A stretch of 64,000 nucleotides of DNA from the human T2T-CHM13v2.0 reference genome, Homo sapiens (GCF_009914755.1 NC_060929.1), one strand, 5' to 3'. Positions 20,400 to 40,647 are shown, counted from the first letter of the stretch. Notes: generated from the sequence alone by a model not told the origin. Numbers and translations: made by a program.

Positions 20400-20630
20400 A
20401 AACTCGTTAAGCCCAGTTTCAAATCCTGGTTTTATCATTTACTATCTTTGTGACCTTGAGTAAGTTGCTTAGTCTCTCTGTAGCTCAATTTCCTCTTCTT
20501 TAAAATGAGAATAATATTACCTCATTAAGGTTGTTTTGAGTAATAAATTAATACATCTAAAGCATCTAAAAAAGTGCCTAGCCACTAGTAAGCTATAAGG
20601 ATTCATTATTATATTATTGTAGTTATTATT
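20400..20630 (+). mobile_element. MIR
   Basis: ttcaaatcctggttttatcatttactatctttgtgaccttgagtaagttgcttagtctctctg...ctcaatttcctc core. Confidence 0.75.
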
Positions 20631-21024
20631 GTCTCCTGAAATTTCAAACTCTGAAATTGAACCTATTAACTTCTTAAATCTGTACCTTCTACCATCCCTG
20701 TTTTTGTCAATGGAGTAACACCCACCTAATACCTAGAATTGAAACCTTCACAGGACTGACTCATTGCTTTGCTTTTTTACATCTGGTTAATCAAAAATTC
20801 TTTTTCTTTGAAGTAGCCCTTTCTATTTCTTCTGTGGCCTCTGCCCTCATCCATGCTAGATCACTTCACATTTGGATTATTACTGCAGCCTACTTGACAC
20901 CATTATGTTTTATGTTTAACTTCCCTAAGTCATACCACATAATGCTGCTAAGCTAATTTTCCTGAGAAATCCAACCATGAAAGTTCCTTATGAGAACTTT
21001 TCGGTGGCTACCATTTCTTTCTGA

Positions 21025-21675
<651 letters not shown>

Positions 21676-21889
21676 TTTAACTCTTTCAATAGTCTACCTC
21701 TTCCTTCTTGGCAATCTTTGTCCACTATTCCTCAACATGCATCTTCTCTGGTAATGCCAATTATACCCTTTCTGTGCCCCCGTCATGGCTCAACTTTCCC
21801 CCCCAATCTTCTTTCCTACTAATATACTCTGTCTTCACCTCTTTCTAGGCCCAAATTCTAAGTATACTTGGAAGACATGATTGCTGTTT

Positions 21890-21890
<1 letters not shown>

Positions 21891-21936
<46 letters not shown>

Positions 21937-21948
21937 GTCTGTCTATCT
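21891..21948. repeat. (CTGT)n/(CTAT) microsatellite in place of an Alu tail
   Basis: Direct reading. Confidence 0.9.
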
Positions 21949-22225
<277 letters not shown>

Positions 22226-22700
22226 TTTTGCTCTGTTTTAAACTCTTACAATACCAAAAAGCATTTGTTACATAATGACATATACTTATATATAGGCCTA
22301 CTGTTTGATTTTTTTTAATATATGTAAATCTTACATTCAACTGAGCTTCTACAGAACGGAAATCACATTTGATACTTAAGTAATTGTTTTTCCTGTTTCA
22401 TACTTAGTATCTCGCTGTATTCTGATTGCTATAGCGTCTTTTCATAGAACATGTTTGTTGCTCATTTTTTAATTATGGGAAATCTCAAATATATATAAAA
22501 GTAAAGAGGACAGTATATGGAACTCCGGAGTACCCAGTATAATGAAGTTCTTTGTGCTTATCCCTCAGTTTCAACCTTTATCAATTTATAGCGGAGCCTC
22601 TTTTATCTATTTCCCCCCGAATCAGCTCTTAATATTGTTTGCCTTTTGGACTTGTAAATATGAAAAAGTGGACTATTCCAGAGTGTGTTGCAGATGGCAT

Positions 22701-22878
22701 ATTTTTATACTGTTAAATTTGGTATTATGACTCATGATAAAAATTCCATCTTGTTTTTAATTTAAAAAAAATCTGGCAATTACCATTTATTTTTATATTG
22801 TTAAATTTAACATTGTGACTCACTCTATAAATATTCCATTTGGTTTTAATTTTTAAAACTCTGGCAGTTACCATTTAT
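22701..22878 (+). repeat. Diverged ~89-nt tandem duplication
   Basis: Two copies share tgttaaattt, tgactca, attccat, ctggca and ttaccatttatt blocks. Confidence 0.85.
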
Positions 22879-23086
22879 TTCAGTGACTTAGCTTAATAAA
22901 TAAATTAATTTGGCAAATATTTATTGAATGCCTACTATGTGCCAGGCATCGTGCCAGACACTAGGGAGCCAAGGTGAATAAGATATTAGATCTCATGTTT
23001 TTTGAAGTCCATTTTTCTGTTTTATTTAAAAGTAAGACTATTTTGTAGTATATGAGTAAAGGCCTTTTAGAACTGTATTTCCAAAT

Positions 23087-23832
23087 TATTATTATTTTTT
23101 GAGACAGTCTTACTCTGTTGCCCAGGCTAGAGTGCAGTGGCGCAACCTCCACCTCCCAGGTTTAAGCTTGTGCCTCAGCCTCAAGTAGCTGGGACTACAG
23201 TCGTGGGCCCCAAGGCCCACCTAATTTTTGTATTTTTGGTACAGATGGGGTTTCGCCATGCTGGCCAGGCAGGTCTCAAACTCTTGGCCTCAAGTTATCC
23301 GCCCGCCTCGGCTTCCCAAAGTGCTGGGATTACAAGTGTGAGCCACTGTGACCGGCCTCTAAACTCATTTTTTAAAGACTGGTAACGTTTCTAAGAAAAT
23401 TCTTGGGACCTGTACAGTTAGCAGCTTGTTATTTTGCCAGGTTAAGGTCTGTATATGAAAATATCTAATACTTTAATTTTAAAAATATGTTTTTAAACTG
23501 AAGAAAGGACATAATCTCAGAATAAAAGATAATCTTTTTAAAAATTTATTTAAAAGTTTTAAAATTTTTAGTAGGCACAGGTTCTTGCTTTGTTGCCCAG
23601 GCTGGTCTCAAACTGTGGGCTCAAGTGTTACTCCTGCCTCAGCTTCCCGAAGTGCTGGGATCACGGGTGTGAGCCATCACACACGGCCTCAAGGACAATC
23701 TTTTAATTAAAAAAAAAATCTTTTGTATGTAGAGGCAGGGTCTTGCTGTCTTACCCAGGCTGGGTGCTCAAGCAGTTGTGCCTTGGCCTCCCAAAGTGGG
23801 TAGGATTGTAGGCATGAGCCACCATGCCTGAC
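23087..23832 (-). mobile_element. Alu with deletions (23087-23357) and two FLAM monomers (23555-23688, 23720-23832)
   Basis: Alu consensus fragments. Confidence 0.8.
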
Positions 23833-24172
23833 TTAATCTTTTAATATTTGATTTTATGAAATAGCACTACATATCCCCCCCGTTTTGTTGTAGACCAATA
23901 AAAGGTGATAATTTCCCCTTAGCATTTGTGAATTACTGCTTTAGAGGATTGTCTTATATGCTGCATCAGTGTTGATAAACAGATTTGATTGGTTGGCAAC
24001 TGAATATTTTGAAAGTTATAGAATATTCATATTGAACACTTCAGAAGTCTGCTATGCAGAGAAATATGTGGTTTTCTTTCTTGAGTGTCAAATCTGATTC
24101 TAAAATTTATAGAGAAATTTTGAAGACTAGTAGAGTTCCTGATAATCTAAACATTAAAAAGGGGATGTGTAG

Positions 24173-24496
<324 letters not shown>

Positions 24497-24560
24497 TCAG
24501 TTTTTAACATCTTTCTATTACCTTTATATTTCTAATAAGTTTTTAATATTTTTCTATTCA

Positions 24561-24898
<338 letters not shown>

Positions 24899-24971
24899 GT
24901 TTTAAAAATATTTTTGTCTTTGAGACAGATAATTGAATCCTTCACATTGTTCAAGTTTATTTTTCTAAATA

Positions 24972-25196
24972 CAGGTCAAGCATTCCCAGTCTGAAATGCT
25001 CCAAAATTAGAAACTTTTTGAGTGCCAATATGATGCTCAAAGGAATTACTTACTCATTGAAGCATTTTGGATTTTGGATTTTAAGATCTGTGATGTTCAG
25101 CCAGTAACTATAATTCAGAGATTGAAAAATCTGAAAAAGTCTGAAATCTGAAACAGTTCTGGTCTCAAGCCTTTTGGATATGGGATACTCAACTCG
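24972..25196 (+). mobile_element. Tigger4a/MER46-type TcMar MITE
   Basis: TA|caggtcaagcattccc ... gggatactcaactcg|TA terminal inverted repeats with TA target duplication. Confidence 0.8.
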
Positions 25197-25810
25197 TACT
25201 ATAATTGGTAATTTCAAAAAGATTAGAAGTTTGATTCAAATAAAGTAAAAAGCTATATGTATGTTTTCAGTGTGTAATGAGAACTTGAGCTGTCTTAAAA
25301 GTTTAACAAGTTGGGAAAGTTTAAATTATGGATATTTTATTGTCATTAAAATTAATATTAAAATTCACAGCACAGAAAATATAGGTGAAAAATGCATATC
25401 AAATGGTGTTTAGTTGTGCAGATGATGTCAATAAGGACCCAAAGTAAACACAGAAAAACGAAATCTGGATTTTTCAAGGTAGGAGTTGGAGTCTGCTCAG
25501 TGTTAGGTACTAGGAATATACAGATGAATAAGAAATGGTCATCTAAGAATCTAAAAATCTAATAGTGGGAAAGAAATATGTTAAAAAAAATCTCCACAAA
25601 ATGAAAACCCATTACAGTATATTTTGCTATTACAGCTAAAAAAAAACCCCAGGTAACAAAGGAACTAATTCTGTGAGAAATAAAGCATTCATTTAGGCTG
25701 CAGTTGTCACTGGTTTTGGAAAAAGACAAGTTGGATGTTAAAATAAGAAAAAGAATTAACCTGATTCTGAAACTGAATAGGATATACATGGTTCCTGGTA
25801 AAGTTAATAT

Positions 25811-25964
25811 TGGCTGAATGCAGTGGTTTACCCCTGTAATCCCAGCACATTCAAAGGCCAAGGTTGGGAGGATTGCTTGAGCCCAGGAGTTCAAGGCTGC
25901 AGATAGTACCATTATACTCTAGCCTGGACAGCAGAGAGAAGTAAGACCCTGTCTTAAAAAAAAA
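25811..25964 (+). mobile_element. Alu monomer fragment
   Basis: Alu consensus. Confidence 0.75.
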
Positions 25965-26145
25965 TTGATTATAATTTATAAAAAACTTTGAAATTTTGTT
26001 ACTTTTCTTGAGTTAAAATGTCATAGACCCTGTGAAAATAAATAACTAACTGTGTTTGGAATTTTGTGTAAAGACAGCAATCAACTGTTAAAATCAACTA
26101 TTTCCTCTGAAGTACTTAACATTTTACCCATGCCCCCCCACCCCC

Positions 26146-26766
26146 TTTATTTCTTTTTGAGACAGAGTCTTGTTGTGCTGCCCAGACTGGAGTATGGTGG
26201 CATCATGGGTCACTGCAGCCTCAACCTTTCAGGCTCTGGAAATCCTCCTACCTCAGCCTCCTGAGTAGTTTGGGACCACAGGCATGCACCACCATGCCCA
26301 GCTAATTTTTTAAATTATTTATAAAGATGAGGTCTTTCTGTATTGCCGAGGCTGATCTTGACCTCCTGGGCTTGAGCTCTTCCCTGAACCTTAGTCCCCC
26401 AAAGTGCTGGGATTACAGGCATGAGCCACCATGCCCAGCTTACCCCAATTTTAAAAACATTTATTTATTTATTTATTTACCTTTTTTTTAGAAATAGGGT
26501 CTTGCTCTGTTGCCCAGGGTGGAGTGTAGTGGCATGATTCTAGCTCGCTGCAGCCTTGAACCACTGGGCTTAAGTGGTCACCCCACCACAGCCTCCCAAA
26601 TAACTAGGCTGTACAGGCACATGCCACCATGCCCAGCTAATGTTGAATTTTTTTGTAGTCTTGCTGTGTTGCCTAGGATGGTCTCAAACTCTTGGCCTGG
26701 AGCAATCCTCTCACCTTGGCCTACCAGAATGCTGGGATTACAGACCTGAGGCATTGTATTTGGACC
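26146..26766 (-). mobile_element. Two AluJ elements (26146-26439, 26460-26766)
   Basis: Alu consensus. Confidence 0.85.
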
Positions 26767-27287
26767 CCTAATTTTTTTTTTTTTTGCATGGGGGTTTCTT
26801 GTTGGGAGACCAGAGAACTTGCTAGAGAAAATCTTAAAGAGCTGTACCACTGCAGCCTCCAAGTTTGAACTCACCAACTCAGTATATACTTTTGGCTTTT
26901 ACAAGACCATTATTAAGTAAAGTACACTCTCTTTTCTACCTTGCTTTTGGTCTGTTCTGCTTCTTGAAGAAGCATAGTAAAAATATTTTGTAACTGCTAA
27001 GTTCGTTCGTTGTACTGGATGTGTGAAAAAGTAAGAGTAGCAGGTAACATCCTGGATTCTAGAGACTGATTCTTAGGTTGAAGATAACTGTCCAGTCTTA
27101 ATATAAATTCACATAAATCTTTATCTTTCAGAAAATACTTTCCTACTAACTGTATAAAATTGTTAAAACAGTATAATTCTAAATTTGAGATTTGCTCATT
27201 TAATTCTGTGGCATTATGTAGAATAATGGGTTTGATGGCTAGAAAAGTAAGTCAGTGTCTATTAGAGTCCTTGTATATTGTCTAGAG

Positions 27288-27526
27288 CAGGGGTCCCCAA
27301 ACCCCGGGTCACGGTGGCACTAAATTATCATAGGAGACTCAACGGTATTGTAAATTGCGCATATGAAGGATCTGAGTTGCGCATTCTTTATGAGAATCTA
27401 ATGCCTGATAATCTGAAGTGGAACAGTTTCATCCTAAAGTCACCACCTCCACTCACCCCTGCCATTTGTGGAAAAATTGTATTCTGTGGAACCGGTCCCT
27501 AGTGTCAAAAAGCTTGGGGACTGCTG
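27288..27526 (+). mobile_element. MER1B (hAT-Charlie), internally deleted
   Basis: caggggtccccaaacc ... gcttggggactgctg TIRs with perfect 8-bp TSD gtctagag. Confidence 0.85.
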
Positions 27527-28127
27527 GTCTAGAGGCTTTCTCCCCCTTGTATTTGACCTGATTCATGTTGTATTAGTTGTGACATTGTCTATTTCAACAT
27601 ACAGATATTCATCCAAAGAAGTACTTAAGTTTCATTTGGGTACTTTAAGCTTTCATTTTTTCTTTAAGTGACTGTTTGATTTCTATTATACATCAGGCAC
27701 TGTTTAGCCCTTGGAACTTCTCAAGTGTACCAGGTACCTTGTATTCTAATCGAGAAGACACATAAATATGGCCAGTATTGGGAAGATGTAGCTTTTTATT
27801 TTTTCTGGATTTGAGTTTTTAGCTTAAAACTTAAAATTTTTTTCCTGTGAATACTCTTAAAGACAAAATCAGGAAAATTATACAGAGTTGCTAAAATTTT
27901 AGGTTGAATAAAGACTGTCTTTATTCTGACTAGAGTTAATATTAAGAAGTTGAAAATATTGATATTAGGCATGTTACCTATATGAACAATTTAAGATGGG
28001 AACATGAACTTGGGATGTTTGCAGTTTGGAAACTACTCTGACCAAAACTAAACTGAATGAATATAAATTCTGACAGACTGATCTTCACCATTACTGTAAC
28101 CTATTTGATAGTGAACATTTTTTAATG

Positions 28128-28290
28128 TAGCTGGGCGTGTGGGCATGTGACTGTAGTCCCAGCCTCTTGGGAGGCTGAGGCAGGGGAAGATACCTTGAGG
28201 CCAAGAGTTCCAGCTGCAGTGAGCTATGATCACACCTATGAATAGCCACTGTACTTTAGCCTGGATAACATAGTAAGACCTCATCTCAAA
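28128..28290 (+). mobile_element. FAM/FRAM-type Alu monomer
   Basis: gatcacacctatgaatagccactgtactttagcctgg resembles the fossil monomer. Confidence 0.75.
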
Positions 28291-28299
28291 TTTAAAAGA

Positions 28300-30010
<1,711 letters not shown>

Positions 30011-30024
30011 TAGGAATTGTTTAA

Positions 30025-30878
<854 letters not shown>

Positions 30879-30989
30879 CCATTTTTCTCTTTAACATACT
30901 ACTACATTCTGCTGATAGGTCACTCTTCACAAGTAATTCCCTGCCATTGATTGTGTGCTTACAACTATTTGTTCCCCTCATTGAGACTA

Positions 30990-31525
<536 letters not shown>

Positions 31526-31767
31526 AAATGTAAATTTTAAAAGGGTTAATGCTAAGTGCACAGTTATACAGTATGATTTGTTACTTCCTCTTTTGCTTCT
31601 TATATACGAAGAAAAGGGTAGTGAAGTTTAGCATCTTTATATTCCCTTTAGGGACTTACTGTGAAACCAAGTGGTTGCTTTGTAGCCTGTCCTATTAAGG
31701 TGCATTTAAAATCTTTAGGAATTTTACAGCTTTTAAGGACATTTCACCAGGTATAAAAAAAATTCAA

Positions 31768-32111
<344 letters not shown>

Positions 32112-32317
32112 TCATATAAATATGTCTCAAATGGGGTTGTCGGTGAAAAAGATACTGTTAAATGGACACCCAAAGGGATTTTGCTCCTTGATACCTTATC
32201 TTTTTCTAATCCTGTCCTTCAGATTTTGGCTTCATTGTGTGTGCATTCTTGCATTAGCCTATATATAAATCCTAAATGTGTTGTCTTTCAAAAAGTGCTT
32301 CTTAATATCCAGGATAA

Positions 32318-32671
<354 letters not shown>

Positions 32672-33298
32672 TGTCCTTTTCCCTTTCTCAATTTTTGTTA
32701 TCCATGTGCTCACAGAGATAACAAATTTTCACTATCTTTAATTTTTTTCTTTGGAGCATTTCTTATTCTTTGCGAAGGTATGCATATAGTGGTTTGTTTT
32801 TTCTTAATGTCTTTGTCTTTTTTTCTGCTCTCAGATACGGGAGCATATTTGGTGCAAACCTGAAATTATGTGGGTTGGTTGGAGAGGGGTTGTTTTCTTT
32901 TTAATGGATATGACAGTTTTCATACCTGCATATCTCATTGGATAGAAAAATTCTGTGTAATTAATAGCTCAGGGCTCCTTTGTCTAATAACCTGATATGG
33001 TTCACTGTTCAGCTTTAGATAAAATTAGCACGTAGTTTTCTCCACTTAAGATCATAAAAGATGGAGATTATATATACTACTTAATTCTTATTCTTTTCTT
33101 TATACCTCAATGGATCCTAACCAGTTGCACGTCTGTTCTTTCTTGAGTTAGAAAGAATCCCAGGAACATCTTTCTGTACTTCTATTCCTGTTGGTTTAAT
33201 TTCTCTGTTTTTGGCTCAAAGTCTCAGGAAACACATCATCACCTAAGAGAAGCTTGTGACTCTCATTCCCAGCTGCCCTCCTATTCTTTCCTCTATAG

Positions 33299-33463
33299 GA
33301 CAGCCCATGTACTCTCGTGAACATGGTGCTGCTGCATCTGAGCGACTTCAGTTGGGGACACCGCCTCCTCTGTTGGCAGCTCGTTTGGTGCCACCTCGAA
33401 ACCTCATGGGATCCTCCATTGGATACCATACCTCAGTCTCCAGCCCTACCCCTCTGGTTCCAG
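33299..33463 (+). CDS. RBM27: RBM27 exon 9 (165 nt, 55 aa), probable cassette exon
   Basis: ctatag|GA CAG CCC ATG ... GTT CCA G|gtaagc; phase 1-1, length divisible by 3. Confidence 0.9.
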
Positions 33464-34553
33464 GTAAGCTTTGCTACAGATGGCCATCCACCTCACTGAT
33501 CTTTTTTACCTCAAGCTGGCCAGTCTAAGCGGTGACCTGGCATCCTGATCTGCTGTTACAAAGTCCCATTAAAGCTCATAGGTAGTTTTATTTTCTGCTC
33601 CTTTGCTTCTTTGGTTTGTCTCTAGTGGCTGCTAGATGATTAGGCCTCCTGTGTATCTGTCATCTCTGGTGTCCTCTATATTTACTTTCAGTGCCTCGGT
33701 AACAAAGTGATGCTAGTTCCTTGAGCTAGTTTCTAATCAGGTAGATAGAAAGATAATATCTACTTGAATGTTTTCTAATTAGTTATACACTGTAATAAAC
33801 TAGGTTAATTTTTCTTTAAAACAAAACAAAAATAAACATCTGGTTTCTTGCCGATCATATCCTTTTTCCCCTTTTGCCCCTTGTATGTGTGCATAATGTA
33901 GCGATTCTTAAAAACTCTTTTCTCCTATTGACATACGTATTTTGAAGGATCTGTGGAATGCTTTGTGGGTGTTTCATGAGGTGTTTTTAACCCTTTCTCA
34001 CTTTGCCTTTGGATCTTATTCTTATAATTAACTAAAGGGCTTTTAAGTTAATTGGTGTTCTGTGTATTCCCAGGATTTATGGCACAAGGTCATTTGATTA
34101 TGTAACTTCTTTAAAACTTTCTGCAGTCTTAACTGTAGGAGATTTTCTGTCAGTAGTGCCAAGTGGTAACTGAAAACTTTTTAATCATAATTTGCTAATC
34201 CTTTTTTAAAAAGATAAAGCAGTATGCATTTTGTATGTTATATTGCATGTAATTTTTAGAGTTGGCATAAGCAGGGAAGCTGTTACTTTACATATCATTT
34301 TCAAACTGTGTCATCCTTAAACACATTGAAATTTAATAAGCAACTATGTTAGATTTACTTTTAAGCTAGACATATCATTACAGTGTGTTTCCATCAGGAG
34401 GGAATGCTCATGATTAAATACTGTCTTTAGTTGTCTTAAAGAGACAAAAAATTTATAAAGAGAGGAGTTAGAACAAAAGCTAAAATAATTAAGTATGAAG
34501 CCCCCAAAATACTCTTTGGCGGATAACTATAATCATAGTCCTGTAACCATTGA

Positions 34554-34883
<330 letters not shown>

Positions 34884-35760
34884 CAATTATTTGGTTTTAT
34901 TGATCATCATCAGGAAACTTTGAGACTGAATGCAAGCCTTAGGAATGAAATAAAAAATCTCTAATAGGAATGTCATTGTGATAATAATTTATTAAAATTT
35001 CTGTGCCATCGTTCTCTGAGGAGGACAGTACAGATGCCCCAAATGATTAATTTTCAACATCATTTAACATTTTATTAGAGGGAGACAGTTCTTAATCTAG
35101 TGATGCCTTTTTTGTGTGTAATTCCATGAGCTGTTTTCAAAACCTGAAAAAAGGGGAAAAATGGGGGTGGGAGGAAGAGAAGGAATGCCAACCAGCAGTT
35201 CTAGTTCTTATATTAGATATCTCAGAATCACCTGTGCTTTAATGGCATTTTATTATTATTGCCTCATTATAGCTTCTGGATGTTTTGTGCAAGAAGGAAA
35301 TTAGCTTGTGAATCTGAAGTTAGGAGGAGCACAATATTCGTGGGAGAGGTTTAATCTAAGAGTATTGGGGGTGAGACGTTTTCTGGATTGAGGACTTCTG
35401 AATCCTAGTTGTGCTGCTTATTGGCCGTTGACTCAAATGCCTGTAGTGGCCAGGAAGATCCCCTAAATGAGGATAATTTGCTGATCTTATATTCTGAATC
35501 ACTTCTATACTGTAAATCATAGAAGTGACTGACGTGTATGTGCGCGTGTGTGCTTTTTTATTTGAAATATGGTTTATGTGTGAAACCAGCTGTTCTCACT
35601 CTAGTTTGAAGAAGTGTACATAACCAAATGAATACATTTTCTTTTCACCTCAATTAAAAAGGTACCTAGAAATTGGAGATATGATGGATAACAGAGGAAA
35701 CTCAATTCTTCACATATGGTGTTTGTGTATGTGAAAATTTGTATTAACAAATGTGCATTG

Positions 35761-35880
35761 GGCTGGGCACAGTGACTCACACCTGTAATGCCAACAGTTT
35801 GGGAGACTGAGGTGGGCAGGTGGCTGAAGCCCAGGAGTTCAAGACCAGCCTGGGCAAGATAGTGAGACTCCATCTCCGTT
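35761..35880 (+). mobile_element. FLAM monomer
   Basis: Left-monomer consensus. Confidence 0.8.
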
Positions 35881-36076
35881 TTTTTAAAATTAGAAAAAAA
35901 AGTGCATTGACATTTGGATTAGGTAATTAATATATAGAGTAGAAATGAGTAGGTGAGTGAATCTGAAAGTATCAGTATTTAAGAATGGATGCATATATCT
36001 ATATTCTGTAATAGGAGCATTTTTTTTTTTTCAGTTTCAAAAGGTGTGTCTAGATACTGTAACACAAAGAGAAATA

Positions 36077-36408
36077 CAGTCATCCCTTCACCTCAGGTTC
36101 CACATCTGCAGATTCAACCAACTACAGATCGAAAATATTCAGGAAAAAAATAAAAATAAAAAAAAACCAGTACAATAATTAAAAGGAATGCAAGTTTTAA
36201 AAACAATATCCATAACAGCTATTTACGTAGCATTTATATTATGTATTATAATTAACCTAGAGATGTTTTAGAGTATACAAGAGGATTTACCTAGGTTATA
36301 TGCAAATACCACCACCCTATTTTATATAAAAGTCTTGAACATTTGTGCATTTTTATATCTGCGGGAGGGTCCTGGAACCAGTCCCTCACAGATACTGAGA
36401 GGTGACTG
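36077..36408 (-). mobile_element. MER2-type TcMar-Tigger element
   Basis: TA|cagtcatccct ... gggtcctggaaccagtccctcacagatactgagaggtgactg|TA. Confidence 0.8.
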
Positions 36409-36529
36409 TAGGTTGATGTATTTGTTGGAGAATATATGTTTTTTAAGCAGTTGTTTATTTTATAACAATGAGAGATGGTTTAACCTCTCTCTGATTTGTT
36501 GTGTGTTTTGTTGCTTTGTTTTCCCTCAG

Positions 36530-36679
36530 ATACATATGAACCAGATGGTTACAACCCAGAAGCTCCTAGTATTACTAGTTCTGGTAGATCTCAGTACAGA
36601 CAGTTCTTTTCAAGAACTCAGACACAGCGTCCCAATCTGATTGGCCTAACATCTGGAGATATGGATGTAAATCCAAGAG
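36530..36679 (+). CDS. RBM27: RBM27 exon 10 (150 nt)
   Basis: cctcag|AT ACA TAT GAA ... CCA AGA G|gtgaga; DTYEPDGYNPEAPSITS motif typical of RBM26/27. Confidence 0.95.
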
Positions 36680-37392
36680 GTGAGAATACCTTGAACTTTT
36701 TCTGATGCTAAGTGTTATGCAGTAGTTGGATATAGTTATTACATTTGCATTTCTGGCCTAGCTTGAGGAAATTAAGGTCCAAATTACTTATATATTATCT
36801 CTTTGGAGGGTGCTATGTATTAATCTCAGATTTTTTAAATAACTTTATCTCCAAATTTTATTTTAAAGCTATAGTTAGGCTATATTTGTTTTTAAATGCA
36901 AATCATACTAATATTATTTAACTGCTTCTTTTGGTAGGACTTTAGGCTGTTTTAGTTTTGTTGCTAGGCACTGTGTTAGATATTGTGTATAGAAAGATGA
37001 AATTACTGATCCCCTGCCCTCAAAGAACTGATCATTGAAGGACCTGCTTTGTATCCTAAGAGCTATGCATCACACTAATTATATTGAGAATCTAAAATGT
37101 TACAATTATTTGATAATTTTTAACACTTATAATTACATCTTTAAGTTAGGACCTTTACAAAACTTAGGAATAAACCTTAAAAATGAAACAAAACCAAGAT
37201 TAAATGCAAGCATTTACCTTTAATATGGCTGATAACCTCCTACCTACTCCCCCACTAAAAAGGTTGGTTAATGATGGTTAGTTTGATGAGATTCCAGTTT
37301 TTTTCTAGCTATTATGAATTTCCAATATATAATTTCAACATGAGTGACTGGCCATGGACTGCACTGACACAATAGTTTTTTGATTAATTTAA

Positions 37393-38240
<848 letters not shown>

Positions 38241-38269
38241 TCATATATATTATTGTCTCTCATATTTCT

Positions 38270-38370
38270 ATTTTTATTCTCCTTTTACAAGTAAAAACAC
38301 TGAGGCTTAGAGAGGTTTAAAGAACTTGCCCAAAGTCACACAGCTGTTAAGTGGCAGAACTAGAATTCAG
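38270..38370 (-). mobile_element. MIR
   Basis: actgaggcttagagaggttt...acttgcccaaagtcacacagctgttaagtggcagaac. Confidence 0.75.
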
Positions 38371-39364
38371 AGGAGAAGTCATGTTGTGTATACAACAAGA
38401 TTTCTTTGTTGTCTTGGGTAAGTCACTTAACCTTTAGTGACTTCCTTCCTTTAATATGACACACTTCATTAAATTAAAAAAAATTAATTAAAAAAAAGCA
38501 TTAGGCAATGTTAGCTGGTAATGATAAAAACTATTTAAGGAGAACATAATGGCATCTCAAACTCTAGAATGCTTTATGCCATCGCAGTTGCTATCTTCTT
38601 CATTAGCCTTCTGCAAACACAAGTCCCGCAAGAGCAAGGATCACGTCTATTTTATTCACTAATGTATACCCAAGGTCTGCTATAGTTGCTGAGCGGTAAA
38701 ATAGCTAAACGTTAAGTGAATGAATCTTTACATCATAATTTCCCTGACAAAGATGAAATCAAATGTACCAACTCCTAACCATATACCTACCCCAGCATTC
38801 AGCTCTGAGTTATTCTTTGCTTGGTGGAGTTGCTAAAGTTAAGAGAAATACTCAAGATTTAATAGGCATAGTTTTGTGTTGCTAATTTCTGTTTTGTTCA
38901 GTACACGTCTTCCTACCCACAGGTTATTTATTGTAAGGACAGATTCTTAGAGTATTTCTGCCAATTTATAGTATTGGCTTTGGATTTTCTTCCCAACTTT
39001 AAACCTGTGGAAAATCAAAAGAAACACAGTGAACATTTGAATGCCTTCATTTAGATTCACCAGTAATATTTTACTGCCTTTGGGCATGAATGCTCTCTTG
39101 TATACTCTCTCTTCTCTTTCTTCTCTCCACTCACATTTTTTTGTTGAATCTCTTGAAATTAATTGGTAGACATTGTGAAACTTTAAGTCCTTTACCTTAT
39201 ATCTAAGAATAAGACAGTCCTATATAAGCACAGTATTATTGCCACACATAAAACCATAATTCCATAATAATATGTAATCCTTATGATTTGGTGAACTTCT
39301 TGTTGAATCATACCAGGAGGCAAATAATGTCCATTAATGGTGCTAAGTTTGATTGCTTGTATAA

Positions 39365-39754
<390 letters not shown>

Positions 39755-40035
39755 TAAATATCTTGTTTTCCAGCAACCTTTCACCAATATTTTTTTCATC
39801 TATTGATCATCCATGCCTGAGTCAATTATTACATCGAGGTTAACTTTGAGTTTTGAAACATGGATTTCTATTTTTTATAGAAAAAGGCATTTGTAACTTT
39901 TTCTTCTGTTAGGCATTTCTAAAAGAGAAATGATAGTAGTTGAGCTATTCATAGTAGTTTTTAGCTTTTAGACTAAATATATTAATCATTGAGACTCCTG
40001 AAAAACTCAGTAATTTCAATTTTTTTTTCCAACAG

Positions 40036-40180
40036 CTGCTAACATTGTGATCCAGACTGAACCACCAGTTCCTGTTTCGATTAATAGCAACATAACCAGA
40101 GTAGTTCTTGAACCAGATAGTCGAAAAAGAGCTATGAGTGGTTTGGAAGGGCCACTCACAAAGAAACCTTGGCTGGGAAA
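40036..40180 (+). CDS. RBM27: RBM27 exon 11 (145 nt)
   Basis: caacag|CT GCT AAC ... CTG GGA AA|gtaaga; AANIVIQTEPPVPV...KKPWLG. Confidence 0.93.
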
Positions 40181-40354
40181 GTAAGATAATTTGCTAATTA
40201 GTAGCATCTAATTGTTATTGTCGTTTGCATTGGTAAATTCATAAAAATAAGATTTGTCATTAATTAATGTTTTTCAAACTAGGTATCTTGAAGTTAGGGT
40301 TCCAGGAGACATCTTTAGAATGTTGTAAAAATTAAAAAGTTAACAATATTTATA

Positions 40355-40647
40355 ATTTTTTTTTTTTTTTTAAAAGACATAGTCATCCAGGCTGGAGTGC
40401 AATGGTATAATCTCAGCTCACCTCAACCTCTGCCTCCTGGGTTGAAGTGATTCTCTTGTCCCAGCCTCCTGAGTAGTTGAGATTACAGGTGCCAGCCACC
40501 ATGCCCACCTGATTTTCTTGTATTTTTAGCGGAGATGGGGTTTCACCTTGTTAGTCAGGCTGGTCTCAAACTCCTGACCTCAGGTGATCCACCCACCTTG
40601 GCCTCCCAAGGTGCTGGGATTACAGGTGTGAGCTACCACATCCAGCC
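40355..40647 (-). mobile_element. Alu (S type)
   Basis: Alu consensus. Confidence 0.88.

Noticed and set aside
33196-33499. Overlapping ORFs in alternative frames and strand across exon 9
   Set aside because: Short, and expected by chance over a GC-richer exon; only one frame matches the neighbouring exon phases.
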